DNA of 64,000 bases, taken from an uncultured Granulosicoccaceae bacterium (GTDB lineage Bacteria > Pseudomonadota > Gammaproteobacteria > Granulosicoccales > Granulosicoccaceae). The notes beneath the pieces are model-generated. The model had not been told where the DNA came from, made no database searches, and saw only the letters and a program-made list of their open reading frames with translations. Numbering within the stretch: position 1 is the first letter of the stretch; each line of letters begins with the position of its first letter. The translations under genes were made by a program, and so were the position numbers. Location of the stretch: NCBI GenBank assembly GCA_964550655.1, contig CAZKAQ010000001.1, positions 16,536 through 80,535 on the forward strand. Reading direction: 5' to 3'. Shown piece by piece: positions 19,143 to 28,512 of the stretch.

Positions 19143-19973
19143 TCAGTGTGATGACCATTGCGCATGGAAATGATGCACCGGACCATGCCCATCGCCAATC
19201 GTGAGTTGATCGCTGGCTTTGATCGCCGTGTGCAGGTAACTGCCGGCGGCTGACACTGCCTGTTTTAAATCAAGGCCGCTGGCCATACCTGCACAGATTG
19301 CCGAAGACAGAGTGCAGCCGGTACCGTGAGTGTTGCGAGTTTCTATTCTTGGATACTCAAAACGCTCGATTTCATTATTGTAAAGCAGCAGATCGACGCA
19401 TTGATCGCCAGTCAGATGTCCGCCTTTCATTAGTACTGCGTCACATCCCAAAGCCAATAAGGCCTTACCCTGATCGGTCATCATCGATTCGTTTTGAGCT
19501 TCTTCCGTCGCTAACAATATGGCAGCTTCGGGTAGATTCGGTGTGATGACACTGGCGACAGGAAACAGCAACTCTACCAGTGCTTTGTGTGCTTCAGGCT
19601 GCAGTAGTACATCACCACTCTTTGCAACCATCACCGGGTCAAGTACTACCGGAATATGCGGGTATTGTTTAAGTCCTGCAGCGACTGCCTGTATAACCTC
19701 AACCTGGCTCAGCATACCGATTTTTATCGCTTTGACTGAAAGGTCCGACAATACAGCATCGATTTGTCTGCCAATGAACGCTGGTGATACATCTTCAATA
19801 GCGGTTACCGACACCGTGTTTTGTGCCGTCAATGCCGTAATCACCGAAGCACCATAGACACCGAGTGCACTAAAAGTCTTGAGGTCGGCTTGTATGCCGG
19901 CACCACCGCCGGAGTCTGATCCCGCAATGGTCAGTGCGATAGGTGTTTGGGTGGTATCGCTTGGTAAAACCAT
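19143..19973 (-). CDS. thiD: Hydroxymethylpyrimidine / phosphomethylpyrimidine kinase
   Basis: '[22 protein letters not shown]' and '[10 protein letters not shown]'. Start trimmed to the ATG at 19973, which has 'GGAG' 7 nt upstream (track start 19994). Confidence 0.9.
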   Translation of the reverse strand: MVLPSDTTQTPIALTIAGSDSGGGAGIQADLKTFSALGVYGASVITALTAQNTVSVTAIEDVSPAFIGRQIDAVLSDLSVKAIKIGMLSQVEVIQAVAAGLKQYPHIPVVLDPVMVAKSGDVLLQPEAHKALVELLFPVASVITPNLPEAAILLATEEAQNESMMTDQGKALLALGCDAVLMKGGHLTGDQCVDLLLYNNEIERFEYPRIETRNTHGTGCTLSSAICAGMASGLDLKQAVSAAGSYLHTAIKASDQLTIGDGHGPVHHFHAQWSSH

Positions 19974-20055
19974 GGTTAATCTCCATGGCGGCAACTGGTT
20001 TCGGGATGTCGCCGGGCACGCATTGCAGAATCAGTTGCTGACTCGATGCCCTCTA

Positions 20056-20177
20056 GCTTGATCCCTACGTCGGTATTAACCGCATCAGGTTCAGCGGGAT
20101 TTGGCAGTGCCTGTAATGGTCGGACTGGCCTGCCTGATCTCAGCCGGTTGACACAATCGCCGCCGGCACCCCGTCAA
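20056..20177 (-). promoter_or_regulatory. TPP (THI-box) riboswitch aptamer upstream of thiD
   Basis: The minus-strand RNA reads CUUGACGGGGUGCCGGCGGCGAUUGUGUCAACCGGCUGAGAUCAGG...CCCGCUGAACCUGAUGCGGUUAAUACCGACGUAGGGAUCAAG. All hallmark blocks are present: GGGGUGC, GCUGAGA, ACCUGAU, UAAUACC and CGUAGGGA. The P1 helix is CUUGA/UCAAG. A 7-bp GCAACUG/CAGUUGC helix follows in the leader, just upstream of the thiD RBS. Confidence 0.88.
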
Positions 20178-20185
20178 GTGGCTTG

Positions 20186-20214
20186 CAGCATATCATGTGC
20201 GCGCAGGATTGACG
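20186..20214 (-). promoter_or_regulatory. Possible sigma70-like promoter for the riboswitch/thi operon
   Basis: Minus strand: TCGTCA, 17 nt, then TATGCT, ending about 8 nt before the P1 helix. Each hexamer matches consensus at 4/6 positions. Weak and unverified. Confidence 0.2.
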
Positions 20215-20257
20215 AGATTCTCCACTCAATGTCTGTGACCCGGGTGCTTAGTCTGGG

Positions 20258-21481
20258 CTAGTCCGCTGGTGTATTGTCGGCAGGTCGAAGCCGTCTTACC
20301 AACTGCGTGCCACTGTCAATGATGCCTTTCATGCGTTCCTCAAGGCGAATCATCTCTGACACGGATCCTCTTAGTGCTCCCGCCTCTTCACCGAGTTTGT
20401 TCAGTGATAGGTAAACCTGCTCGGAGTTCTGGATTTGTGCGTCGGCATTTTCTATGACAGAACGCAGATCTTCGAGCAAAGTCTCTGCTTCGGGTGCGTT
20501 GTTTACGCCGGCCAATGCGTTATCAAGTTCTGTCACGGAGTGCTTAATAGCATCGAACCATGCCTGTGAGAGTCTTGGATCCTGTTTGGCACCGCGCATT
20601 GCGTTGCGCTCAACCTGATGAGTGTTTGATACCACCCGATCTATCTGTGATCTGAGATCAAACTGCATCTGAACGATATCGTCGTTTACCTCGACCACCT
20701 GGTAGAGCACCGTATCCAGTTCTTCCACCAGTCGGCTGATTCGATCAAGAAAGACATTCAGATCACGGGCCAGAACACCGAACTCATCGGCTGTGCGAAC
20801 TTCAGCGCGCTGCCCTAAATTGGAATAGGCTTTTGAAAGCCCGCTCACAACAGATCGCAAGCGTAACAGTGGCTCCATTCGGGCGCGTAAAATCAGGAAC
20901 AGCAATATGGAGTGCAGGACAATTTTACCGATTGCAAGACCGGCTGTTAGCTTGACATCCTGCCACCACATGGCAAAGTCGCGTCCCAGATAGTTTCTGA
21001 CTACGATTCGTCCCAATACATCACCCTGGCCCGCCTCTGTGTGGCAGGAGGTACAGTGTTCGAGGGCGATGACATCCACCTCTGCAGTTTTATGTTCACT
21101 GTTTGTCATACCTGTTATGGGAATGCCTTCAGGTGTAAACCTAAAGCTTTTCTCTATTGATTTTACAGTGACTTCTGACGGGATAATCGCGATTTCGTAG
21201 CCGAGGTCCGTCCAGTTTTGTTCCAGTATTGGATACACTGTTCGCGCCGCTACCGGACCACCGGCATTAGACATGATTGAAACAACATTTTCAGAGAGTT
21301 CCTCTGCAACAGCAAGCGCCTGGCTTTCTCCGTTTACCTGATAATCCCAATAGACTTTGCCTGCTTTAAGCGCAAATTCTATAAGCGTGACGACAAGCAG
21401 AACCAAAAAGAAATCCTTGATCATATGGATCAAAAAGGATTTATCGAAACGCCCGATAGACGCGTTGTATTGTTCAGGCAT
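20258..21481 (-). CDS. Membrane sensor-like protein: TM, periplasmic CXXCH (c-type-haem-like) domain, TM, HAMP, long coiled coil; no recognisable output domain
   Basis: TM1 'FFLVLLVVTLIEFAL', periplasmic 'EHCTSCHTEAGQGDVLGRIVV' (CXXCH), TM2 'LAIGKIVLHSILLFLILRA', HAMP-like 'PLLRLRSVVSGLSKAY...DEFGVLARDLNVFLDRI'. About 170 aa of heptad-like sequence follow. Start trimmed to the ATG at 21481, preceded by GGAG. Confidence 0.6.
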   Translation of the reverse strand: MPEQYNASIGRFDKSFLIHMIKDFFLVLLVVTLIEFALKAGKVYWDYQVNGESQALAVAEELSENVVSIMSNAGGPVAARTVYPILEQNWTDLGYEIAIIPSEVTVKSIEKSFRFTPEGIPITGMTNSEHKTAEVDVIALEHCTSCHTEAGQGDVLGRIVVRNYLGRDFAMWWQDVKLTAGLAIGKIVLHSILLFLILRARMEPLLRLRSVVSGLSKAYSNLGQRAEVRTADEFGVLARDLNVFLDRISRLVEELDTVLYQVVEVNDDIVQMQFDLRSQIDRVVSNTHQVERNAMRGAKQDPRLSQAWFDAIKHSVTELDNALAGVNNAPEAETLLEDLRSVIENADAQIQNSEQVYLSLNKLGEEAGALRGSVSEMIRLEERMKGIIDSGTQLVRRLRPADNTPAD

Positions 21482-21780
21482 GGGTATCTCCGGTTTTACT
21501 GCTTTGTTCTTGTTCCAGCTTCGCACCGGCGAGGCCCGCGTGCGGGACATTCACGCAAACATGGGTTCGAAAATCGGGCAGCGTTCAGGTTGCAAAGGTA
21601 AACGTATAAGTATAAGCCTAATCGATACGCTACCTTGTTGTTTGTACAATCCATAGTTCGGGGGCATGAATTCAGTGGTTGAGATCCTGGCGAATAACCA
21701 CAGATTTTAATTTGGAGGTCACCAGGAGTATTCTTCATCCGGGATTTACTATCGAAGCACAGCATACAAGGGCTCGATCA

Positions 21781-22527
21781 ATGGCACAGGTACCTCAACA
21801 TAACGACCTCATAATTGGTGGTGGCAAAATGGCCCGCCATTGGGGGTTTTACCTGCAAAGCCTTGGTACGCCTGCCACATTCTGGAATCGTTCCAATTCT
21901 GTGAAAACAAAGCCTCGAGAACTATCGGCATATTTTAATAATTTTTCTACTGTTTACTTAGCTATATCCGATGATGCGCTAAAAGAGTTTTACGAAACAT
22001 ACCTGACTGAATTTTCAGGTTCGGTTTTTCACTTTAGCGGAGCTTTTTATCACCCTGAGATAGCCGGCATTCACCCGTTGATGACTTTTGGTAAAGATCT
22101 TTATCCTGCCGACTTTTATAAAAGCATACCTTTAACGTTAGATTTTTCCTCGAAAAATTCTTTTATTGCTAGTCTTCCCAACCCTCAGTACACCGTTTCA
22201 CCAAAAGACAAAGCGCTCTACCACAGTTTTTGTGTGATAGCGGGTAACTTTCCTCAGTGGCTATGGCAGAATGTATTTACAGAGTTTGAAAAACTAAATA
22301 TTCCAAAGGCTGCCCTGCAGCCTTTTTTACAACAATCTCTGGATAATACTTTTAAAACAGGTGATGAAAATTTTTCCGGCCCTTTGCTGCGAAACGATCA
22401 AATTACGCTTGCCAGGCATCAAGAGGCACTTGACGGACATCATTTGCTGCAAATCTACAGCGCGTTTGTAGAGGCGGCGAAAAAAAATTCGCTTCCGGCT
22501 TCTCCTACCTCACAGGAATTTCAATAA
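21781..22527 (+). CDS. Rossmann-fold NAD(P)-binding protein, candidate non-canonical ketopantoate reductase (PanG/DUF2520-like?)
   Basis: 'LIIGGGKMARHWGFYL' glycine-rich loop near the N-terminus. Its stop overlaps the panB start (TAATG). The start is uncertain: the track gives 21679, and I prefer the ATG at 21781. Confidence 0.5.
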   Translation: MAQVPQHNDLIIGGGKMARHWGFYLQSLGTPATFWNRSNSVKTKPRELSAYFNNFSTVYLAISDDALKEFYETYLTEFSGSVFHFSGAFYHPEIAGIHPLMTFGKDLYPADFYKSIPLTLDFSSKNSFIASLPNPQYTVSPKDKALYHSFCVIAGNFPQWLWQNVFTEFEKLNIPKAALQPFLQQSLDNTFKTGDENFSGPLLRNDQITLARHQEALDGHHLLQIYSAFVEAAKKNSLPASPTSQEFQ

Positions 22528-23315
22528 TGAATATCGCTCACTTTGCAAAATGCAAAGCCAATGGTGAAAAAATTTCGTTTTTAACCTGTTATGACTACTG
22601 GACTGCGAAAATATTAAACACCAGTCAGGTAGATGGCATACTGGTGGGAGACAGTCTGGCCATGGTAATGCACGGTGCTGATTCCACAGTACAAGCCACC
22701 ATGGAACAAATGGTTCTGCACACTCAGGCTGTAAAGCGAGGTGCACCGGATAAGTTTATCGTTGGTGATCTTCCTTTTCTGAGTCATCGGGGCAGTTTGG
22801 ATCATGGTCTGGAAAATGTTCGAAGATTGATGGCCGCCGGTGCACATGCGGTTAAGCTCGAGGGGATAGACGGCAATGAAGATTTTATTGCCCACGTCAT
22901 AGAGTCCGGGGTACCTGTTATGGCGCATCTTGGACTAAGGCCGCAAAGCGTAAACACTTTAGGTGGCTACAAAGTCCAGGGAAAGCTGGAACAAGAGGCA
23001 CAAAAAATAATAAAAGACAGTGAAAGGGCTGAAGCGCTGGGTTGTTTCTCATTAATCCTTGAATGTATTCCGCAAGACATAGGCACCCAAATTTCTCAAA
23101 AGTTAAATATTCCTGCCATCGGTATTGGTGCAGGCGCAGGTACTGATGGTCAAATTCTGGTGATGCAGGATATGCTCGGCGCCTTCGAAAAGAATGCCAA
23201 ATTTGTCCGTCGTTATTGCAACCTGGACCGCGAACTTCGCGAAGCGTTCGACGAATTTGATCGAGATGTAAAGAGCGTACAGTATCCCGGCAAAGATGAA
23301 ATATACGATCTATGA
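22527..23315 (+). CDS. panB: 3-methyl-2-oxobutanoate hydroxymethyltransferase
   Basis: 'LTCYDY', 'ILVGDSLAMVMHG', 'VKLEG', 'PVMAHLGLRPQS', 'IGIGAG..TDGQILV'. Confidence 0.9.
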   Translation: MNIAHFAKCKANGEKISFLTCYDYWTAKILNTSQVDGILVGDSLAMVMHGADSTVQATMEQMVLHTQAVKRGAPDKFIVGDLPFLSHRGSLDHGLENVRRLMAAGAHAVKLEGIDGNEDFIAHVIESGVPVMAHLGLRPQSVNTLGGYKVQGKLEQEAQKIIKDSERAEALGCFSLILECIPQDIGTQISQKLNIPAIGIGAGAGTDGQILVMQDMLGAFEKNAKFVRRYCNLDRELREAFDEFDRDVKSVQYPGKDEIYDL

Positions 23316-24091
23316 AAATTGTCAGAACTGTCCATGAATGGCAACAACTGCAAAAATCATTTCAGGGAAAAAGTCTGGGCTTTGTTCCTACTATGGGTGC
23401 TCTTCATGAAGGTCACATGGCTCTGGTTCAAAACAGTGTTTCCGATAATGATGTCACGGTGGTCAGTATCTTTGTAAATCCTACTCAGTTTAACAACCCC
23501 GATGACCTGGAAAATTATCCTTCTACCTTTGAGCAGGATGTCAGTAACCTCAATGACTGGAAAGTGGATGTTCTTTTTTTTCCTGAAGCTAATGAGCTTT
23601 ATCCAGACAACTTTGCGTTCTCGGTAGACGAAAACAAAGATTCTCTCGCACTTTGCGGCCTTGATCGTCCGGGGCACTTCAAAGGGGTTTTAACAGTGGT
23701 GATGAAGCTTTTGAATATAATACAAGCCACGCGAGCGTATTTCGGCGAAAAAGATTATCAACAGTATCGGTTAATTCAAAATATGGTGGCGTGTTTTTTT
23801 ATGCCAACTGAAATTGTCGGTGTCCCAACCCGAAGAGATCGGGAAGGGCTTGCTCTCAGTTCAAGAAACCTTCGATTGAGCCCTGAAGAACTGACTACTG
23901 CCCGGAAAGTTAACAAAATCCTTTCTTCGGAAACATTGAGTGCAGAGGTCCGAAGAGAAAAAATAGAAAGCCTGGGCCTGAAAATAGATTATCTTGAAGA
24001 ACGCTGGGGACGACGTTTTATAGCTGCTCATATTGGTTCGGTTAGAATTATTGATAATGTTTCTCTTGGCGAGGAAGAGACGATAAAGTAA
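23312..24091 (+). CDS. panC: Pantoate--beta-alanine ligase
   Basis: 'GFVPTMGALHEGHMALV', 'VSIFVNPTQF', 'RPGHFKGVLTVV' and 'AYFGEKDYQQ'. ATGA overlap with panB. Confidence 0.9.
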   Translation: MKIVRTVHEWQQLQKSFQGKSLGFVPTMGALHEGHMALVQNSVSDNDVTVVSIFVNPTQFNNPDDLENYPSTFEQDVSNLNDWKVDVLFFPEANELYPDNFAFSVDENKDSLALCGLDRPGHFKGVLTVVMKLLNIIQATRAYFGEKDYQQYRLIQNMVACFFMPTEIVGVPTRRDREGLALSSRNLRLSPEELTTARKVNKILSSETLSAEVRREKIESLGLKIDYLEERWGRRFIAAHIGSVRIIDNVSLGEEETIK

Positions 24092-24441
24092 CCATGTTCT
24101 CTTGATTTGGTGATTAGCCCGGGTAGTAGTGGCCGGGTATAGGAGTCGCTTAAACGCTTTTTCTGTTTTGAAGAAAAGACATCTACGCTTACAAAGTCTC
24201 CGTGTCTAACCCGGAATATGCATGAAATCAACGCCATCTCATGAATAATCCGCGCTAACAGGCATATTTATGTATTGTGATATCTGTAGTTTTTAAGATT
24301 GCAGATTCAGGGAGTGAGAAATATATGATTTTATCGTTTCCCTGCAATCTTAATTGTAGTCCCAATGATTATGCTCTCCTACGGTGAAGGCAGGGAAAGT
24401 AGCACTATCATTTCTAATCAATCCTCAGACGCTCTATTGAC

Positions 24442-26616
24442 TTATTCAATCGTCACACCTTGTTGTAGCAGTGTCTGCTTTAGAGGTGCCAGGTGGCGTT
24501 CGTACTTTTTCCATCTTTTTACTGATGAACTATAGACCGGTTGGCGTACCTGCCATTGACTGGCAGTTTGAACACTGCGTTCATGATGATGGAAATTTAG
24601 GCATTTTTCATCCCATGGCAAATCACAATGCTCCAGTAATTTACGGATTTCCGGTTCCTGATTGCTAACCAGATTTTCATATACTACCTCATGCATTTGC
24701 AATGGCAACACCGAGTTCCAGTGTTTCATCAGACGATGATAGTTGCCATAGAAAAGACCCAGTTCTTGTTGATCGTAGGAGAATTCATGTCCTTCGGCAA
24801 ATAGCTGAATATAATTTGATAAACAGGTATCCACCGGATTTCTGACGCAATGAATAATACGTGCACGTGGAAACAGAAGCGTAATCAAACCAAGATGCAG
24901 AAAGTTCATAGGCATTTTGTCTGTTATGCGTGTGGCGCTCGGCGCCTTGCTCGTTAACTTAAGCAAATAGTTTTCTGCCAGACGAAGTGCTTTGTCAGGC
25001 TGTAACAGGGTTATGCAAAACGGGTATGGTTTGATCGTGTTAAGAGCTTTTTGTAACCCTCCGGCGGTTTTTCCAATCATGGTTTGTTCGCCTGCGCCAT
25101 GTACCATAGGATGGCTTGCGAGAATCTGTTCGACCAGTGTCGTTCCGGAGCGCGGCATACCAAGTATAAAGACAGGTATATCACTGTCGTCACCATAGTC
25201 ACTAAACTGCTTAAAAAAATCAGTTGTGAAAATATCTATGATCGCACTGATGCGAACAGTGTGCTCTTCTGGATTGTGTTGAATACTTTTTCTTTTTAAC
25301 TGATTGGCTTTAGCGTAGTGATCGAATGCTCGATCGGGCTCTTCGCAATCCTGATAAATTTTACCAAGTGCGAAATGTGTTGCAGTCTGTGACTGGATTG
25401 ACAGGTCAGGTTTTTCCAGTAGTTTTTCGATTTGTCTTATTTCTGTTGTATCGTGACTGGTAAATCGTTTCGCACGAGCGATATTAAGACAGGCGCCGCC
25501 CATATCGGGGTCGAGTTCGAGTGCCCGGTTATACCACTGCAATGCGTCTTCAAACCTGCCCATGGTGCTATAGGTGAAGCCCATATTATTACAGACATCC
25601 GCATACTCAGGCTTGAGATGTAGTGCTTTTTTATAGGCAGCTATTGCATCCTCAAACTGATTGTTATTCGAAAGCGAAATGCCCAGGTAATTATAAGCGC
25701 TGGCGAGCGATGGGTTGTTGCGTACAGCCTCCTGGCTTGCTGCCAGCGCTGCTTCCGGTTTACCGAGCTTGATAAACAGGTTTGCCAGTTCATTGTGTTT
25801 TTCTGCGCGCCTGACATTGGCTTTTCTGGCTTTGGACTGCTTTGCAGCAGCCAGATAAAATTTTGCCAGGTTATCTTGTGCCGATATATAGCCCGGGCGC
25901 AGTCGAAGTGCTTCCGAGCAGCTTGCGATTGATTGTTCAAATTTGCCTTGCGTGTAGAGTATTTTCGCGAGCTCGTTGTGTGCATCAGGAAAATCGGGCT
26001 TTAGTTTGATTGCCTGTCGAATAGATTTGAGTGCAGCGTTGAGATCGTTGGCTTTAAATTGGGCAATACCAAGATCGAAATGGGTAAGGGGTTCTGCGGA
26101 TGCAATTTCAACTGCCTTCTTGTAGGCGGTGACTGCGTCTTCGTTCCGCTGCAGAAACAATAGTGAACTGCCCAGTCCCATCCATCCATCTGCATCCTGA
26201 GGTGCAATTGCAAGCAGTCGCTGATAAGCGTCTCGTGCACCGTTATAATCTTCTGCTGCTTTGAGCGTATTGGCGAGGTTGTATTGGGCATCGACATAGT
26301 CCGGCTTGACGGACAGTGCTTTGCGGTAGACATCAATGGCCTGTAATAGCTCACCTTGTTCGCTCAGCAGGTTGCCGAGGTTGCACAAACACATTGCATC
26401 AGCCGGATCTGATTTGACGGCTCGCTGAAGTAGTTCGATTGCATCCTGCATTCTTTCCTGTTGGCGTGCAACAAGTCCTGAGTAGTGCAGTGCTTCATGA
26501 TGAGCAGGGTTCAGCGAAAGAATTTCTTTATAGTGTTTATCTGCCTGCGCTAAATCACCGTTTTTATGTGATTCAATTGCTTGCTGAAGCAGCTTGTCTA
26601 TAGAGGCTTGGTTCAT
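24442..26616 (-). CDS. TPR-repeat protein with C-terminal sulfotransferase domain (paralog 1)
   Basis: More than 10 TPR-like 34-mers (AxxxYxxALxxxP patterns). The C-terminal domain carries the 5'-PSB-like 'LGMPRSGTTLVEQILASHP' and the 3'-PB-like 'RIIHCVRNPVDTCLSNY'. Confidence 0.8.
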   Translation of the reverse strand: MNQASIDKLLQQAIESHKNGDLAQADKHYKEILSLNPAHHEALHYSGLVARQQERMQDAIELLQRAVKSDPADAMCLCNLGNLLSEQGELLQAIDVYRKALSVKPDYVDAQYNLANTLKAAEDYNGARDAYQRLLAIAPQDADGWMGLGSSLLFLQRNEDAVTAYKKAVEIASAEPLTHFDLGIAQFKANDLNAALKSIRQAIKLKPDFPDAHNELAKILYTQGKFEQSIASCSEALRLRPGYISAQDNLAKFYLAAAKQSKARKANVRRAEKHNELANLFIKLGKPEAALAASQEAVRNNPSLASAYNYLGISLSNNNQFEDAIAAYKKALHLKPEYADVCNNMGFTYSTMGRFEDALQWYNRALELDPDMGGACLNIARAKRFTSHDTTEIRQIEKLLEKPDLSIQSQTATHFALGKIYQDCEEPDRAFDHYAKANQLKRKSIQHNPEEHTVRISAIIDIFTTDFFKQFSDYGDDSDIPVFILGMPRSGTTLVEQILASHPMVHGAGEQTMIGKTAGGLQKALNTIKPYPFCITLLQPDKALRLAENYLLKLTSKAPSATRITDKMPMNFLHLGLITLLFPRARIIHCVRNPVDTCLSNYIQLFAEGHEFSYDQQELGLFYGNYHRLMKHWNSVLPLQMHEVVYENLVSNQEPEIRKLLEHCDLPWDEKCLNFHHHERSVQTASQWQVRQPVYSSSVKRWKKYERHLAPLKQTLLQQGVTIE

Positions 26617-26673
26617 TTTTAATGTGGAGGACTCATAGTTTCCGGTTGACTGCCTGGTATTGTGTGGCTCATC

Positions 26674-28512
26674 TCAGGCATGTTCGTCGCACTGTGAAAT
26701 AAGACGGGTGAGTTCACCGAGATGATCTCTATAGTGCTTCCAACGGTTTACGGATCTTGAATACACGGGCTGGCGAACCTGCCAGTTGCTGGCAGTTTGT
26801 ACTGACTGTCGGTTTTGATGATGATTGAGGCAGCGATTTTCCCAGTCAAGTCCACAGAAACTGATGAGTTGCCTGCTTTGGTTTTCTGGATCTCGAACCA
26901 GTTCTTCGTAGTCGAGTTCCAGATAGTGAGCAGGATCCAGACTCCGCCAATGTTCCATCAGACGGTGGTACTGGCAATAGTACAGCCCGAGATCCTTTAG
27001 TGAGTAGGCGTAGTCAATATGACTTGAGAAGCGTTGAAAATATATAGACAAGCAGGTATCAAGCGCTGTACGTTGGCAATGAATTATTCTTGCATTCGGT
27101 AGTATCAGCTTCAACAGGCCAGTATGCAAAAAATTCCATGGCAGTTTATCGGTCACATGCTGTGTACTTGAATCAATGCTCGCAAGATCAGTCAGGTATT
27201 TTTCGCCAGCTAAATACAGAGGATGTTGTTCTGTGTTGTCACTATTGCCGGAGAAGAGCTCAGCATTGTTGTACGAGGTATTTGTTGAATCGGTCAGGTT
27301 CAGTGAGCCCGCCAGAGTGGGAACAAAATTTAATTCCCCGCCACTCGCTACATCACTGTGCGCAGAGAGAATTTGCTCGACCAGTGTTGTACCGGAGCGC
27401 GGCATGCCAACGATAAATATGGGGCGTGACGATGGATGTCCGTCTGTACCGTACGTTTTTAAGAGAGTACTGTTAAACGTTTCTATGGTTTTTGTTATGT
27501 CGGCTTCCAGTTGCTGTGGATTAAACCGGGTTTTTCTTGCGATCAGTTCGTTGCCGTGGTGGTAATGTTGAAACGCCAGATCATAGGATGCGCAGTCGTC
27601 GTAGATTTTTCCCAGAGCAAAGTGAAAGCAGGTTAGCGCCTCATCGTCGGGCGTTGGTGATTTCATGGTGCTGTGTATTTTTTCAATCAATTCATCTTCT
27701 GTTGTCTCAAATCGTTTGGTTCGAGCCAGATTTTCGTAGGCGCGTGCAAACCTGAAATCGATTGAAATGGCAGTTTCAAAAGTAGCGCGAGCTGATTCCA
27801 TCTCACCCAGTGCCATCTGTACACAACCGAGGTTGTTGTGCGCATCAGTGTAGCCTGCCTGCAATGCAACAGCCTGTTTGAAACAGTCGCTGGCCTCATC
27901 CAGCGCACCCAGCGACATAAGTGATAAGCCGAGGTTATTCCAGGCTTCTTCGTCTTGCGGTTTTAATTCGATAACGCGGCGATAATGAAAAGCGGCCTCT
28001 TTGTGTTGCTCCAAACGACTATGCAGAGTGCCAAGATTGTAGTGCGCGGGATCATAATCCGGCTCAAGTTTTACTGCTTTGTTAAAACTATCCATTGCCT
28101 CTTGGTGGCGATTTTTTTGTAACAGCAGGCTGCCCAGATTGTTTAGTGTTGACGGGTCAGGCTTAAGTCGACTTGCTTTGTCTAGAGCAGTTATCGCCTG
28201 TTCGATATCTCCAGTCTGTTGATACAACATGCCAAGATACGCCAGCGCCTGCAGGTGTTTCGGATCTTTGGTCAGAATTTTTTTGTATGTTTTTTCTGCA
28301 GCAGCAGTCTGGCCGTTTTGATGGTCAGTGACTGCCCGTTGAAGCAGTCGATGAATTTGCGGGTTAGCGGAGGTTTTAACAACCGGTTTAGACGATTGTT
28401 TTCGTCGAGCCTTTTTTGTTTTTAACTTTGAACGCTTGTGGCTCAATACCAAAACCCGGTTGTTTGGGAGAGGTGGTGTGACTACAGATTCAGTATTCTG
28501 TGGTAGGCTCAA
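26674..28512 (-). CDS. TPR-repeat protein with C-terminal sulfotransferase domain (paralog 2)
   Basis: Same architecture as paralog 1: 'VGMPRSGTTLVEQILSAHS', 'RIIHCQRTALDTCLSIY' and a C-terminal 'SVQTASNWQVRQPVYSRSVNRWK'. The start is uncertain: TTG at 28512, or TTG codons about 55-65 nt downstream. Confidence 0.8.
   Translation of the reverse strand: MSLPQNTESVVTPPLPNNRVLVLSHKRSKLKTKKARRKQSSKPVVKTSANPQIHRLLQRAVTDHQNGQTAAAEKTYKKILTKDPKHLQALAYLGMLYQQTGDIEQAITALDKASRLKPDPSTLNNLGSLLLQKNRHQEAMDSFNKAVKLEPDYDPAHYNLGTLHSRLEQHKEAAFHYRRVIELKPQDEEAWNNLGLSLMSLGALDEASDCFKQAVALQAGYTDAHNNLGCVQMALGEMESARATFETAISIDFRFARAYENLARTKRFETTEDELIEKIHSTMKSPTPDDEALTCFHFALGKIYDDCASYDLAFQHYHHGNELIARKTRFNPQQLEADITKTIETFNSTLLKTYGTDGHPSSRPIFIVGMPRSGTTLVEQILSAHSDVASGGELNFVPTLAGSLNLTDSTNTSYNNAELFSGNSDNTEQHPLYLAGEKYLTDLASIDSSTQHVTDKLPWNFLHTGLLKLILPNARIIHCQRTALDTCLSIYFQRFSSHIDYAYSLKDLGLYYCQYHRLMEHWRSLDPAHYLELDYEELVRDPENQSRQLISFCGLDWENRCLNHHQNRQSVQTASNWQVRQPVYSRSVNRWKHYRDHLGELTRLISQCDEHA

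Noticed and set aside
24297-24349. An imperfect inverted repeat GATTGCAG(attc)AGGGA ... TCCCTGCAATC in the convergent intergenic region between panC and the TPR-sulfotransferase gene.
   Set aside because: It has a 25-nt loop, a 4-nt bulge and no flanking U-tract, so it is not convincing as an intrinsic terminator. No other function is evident.
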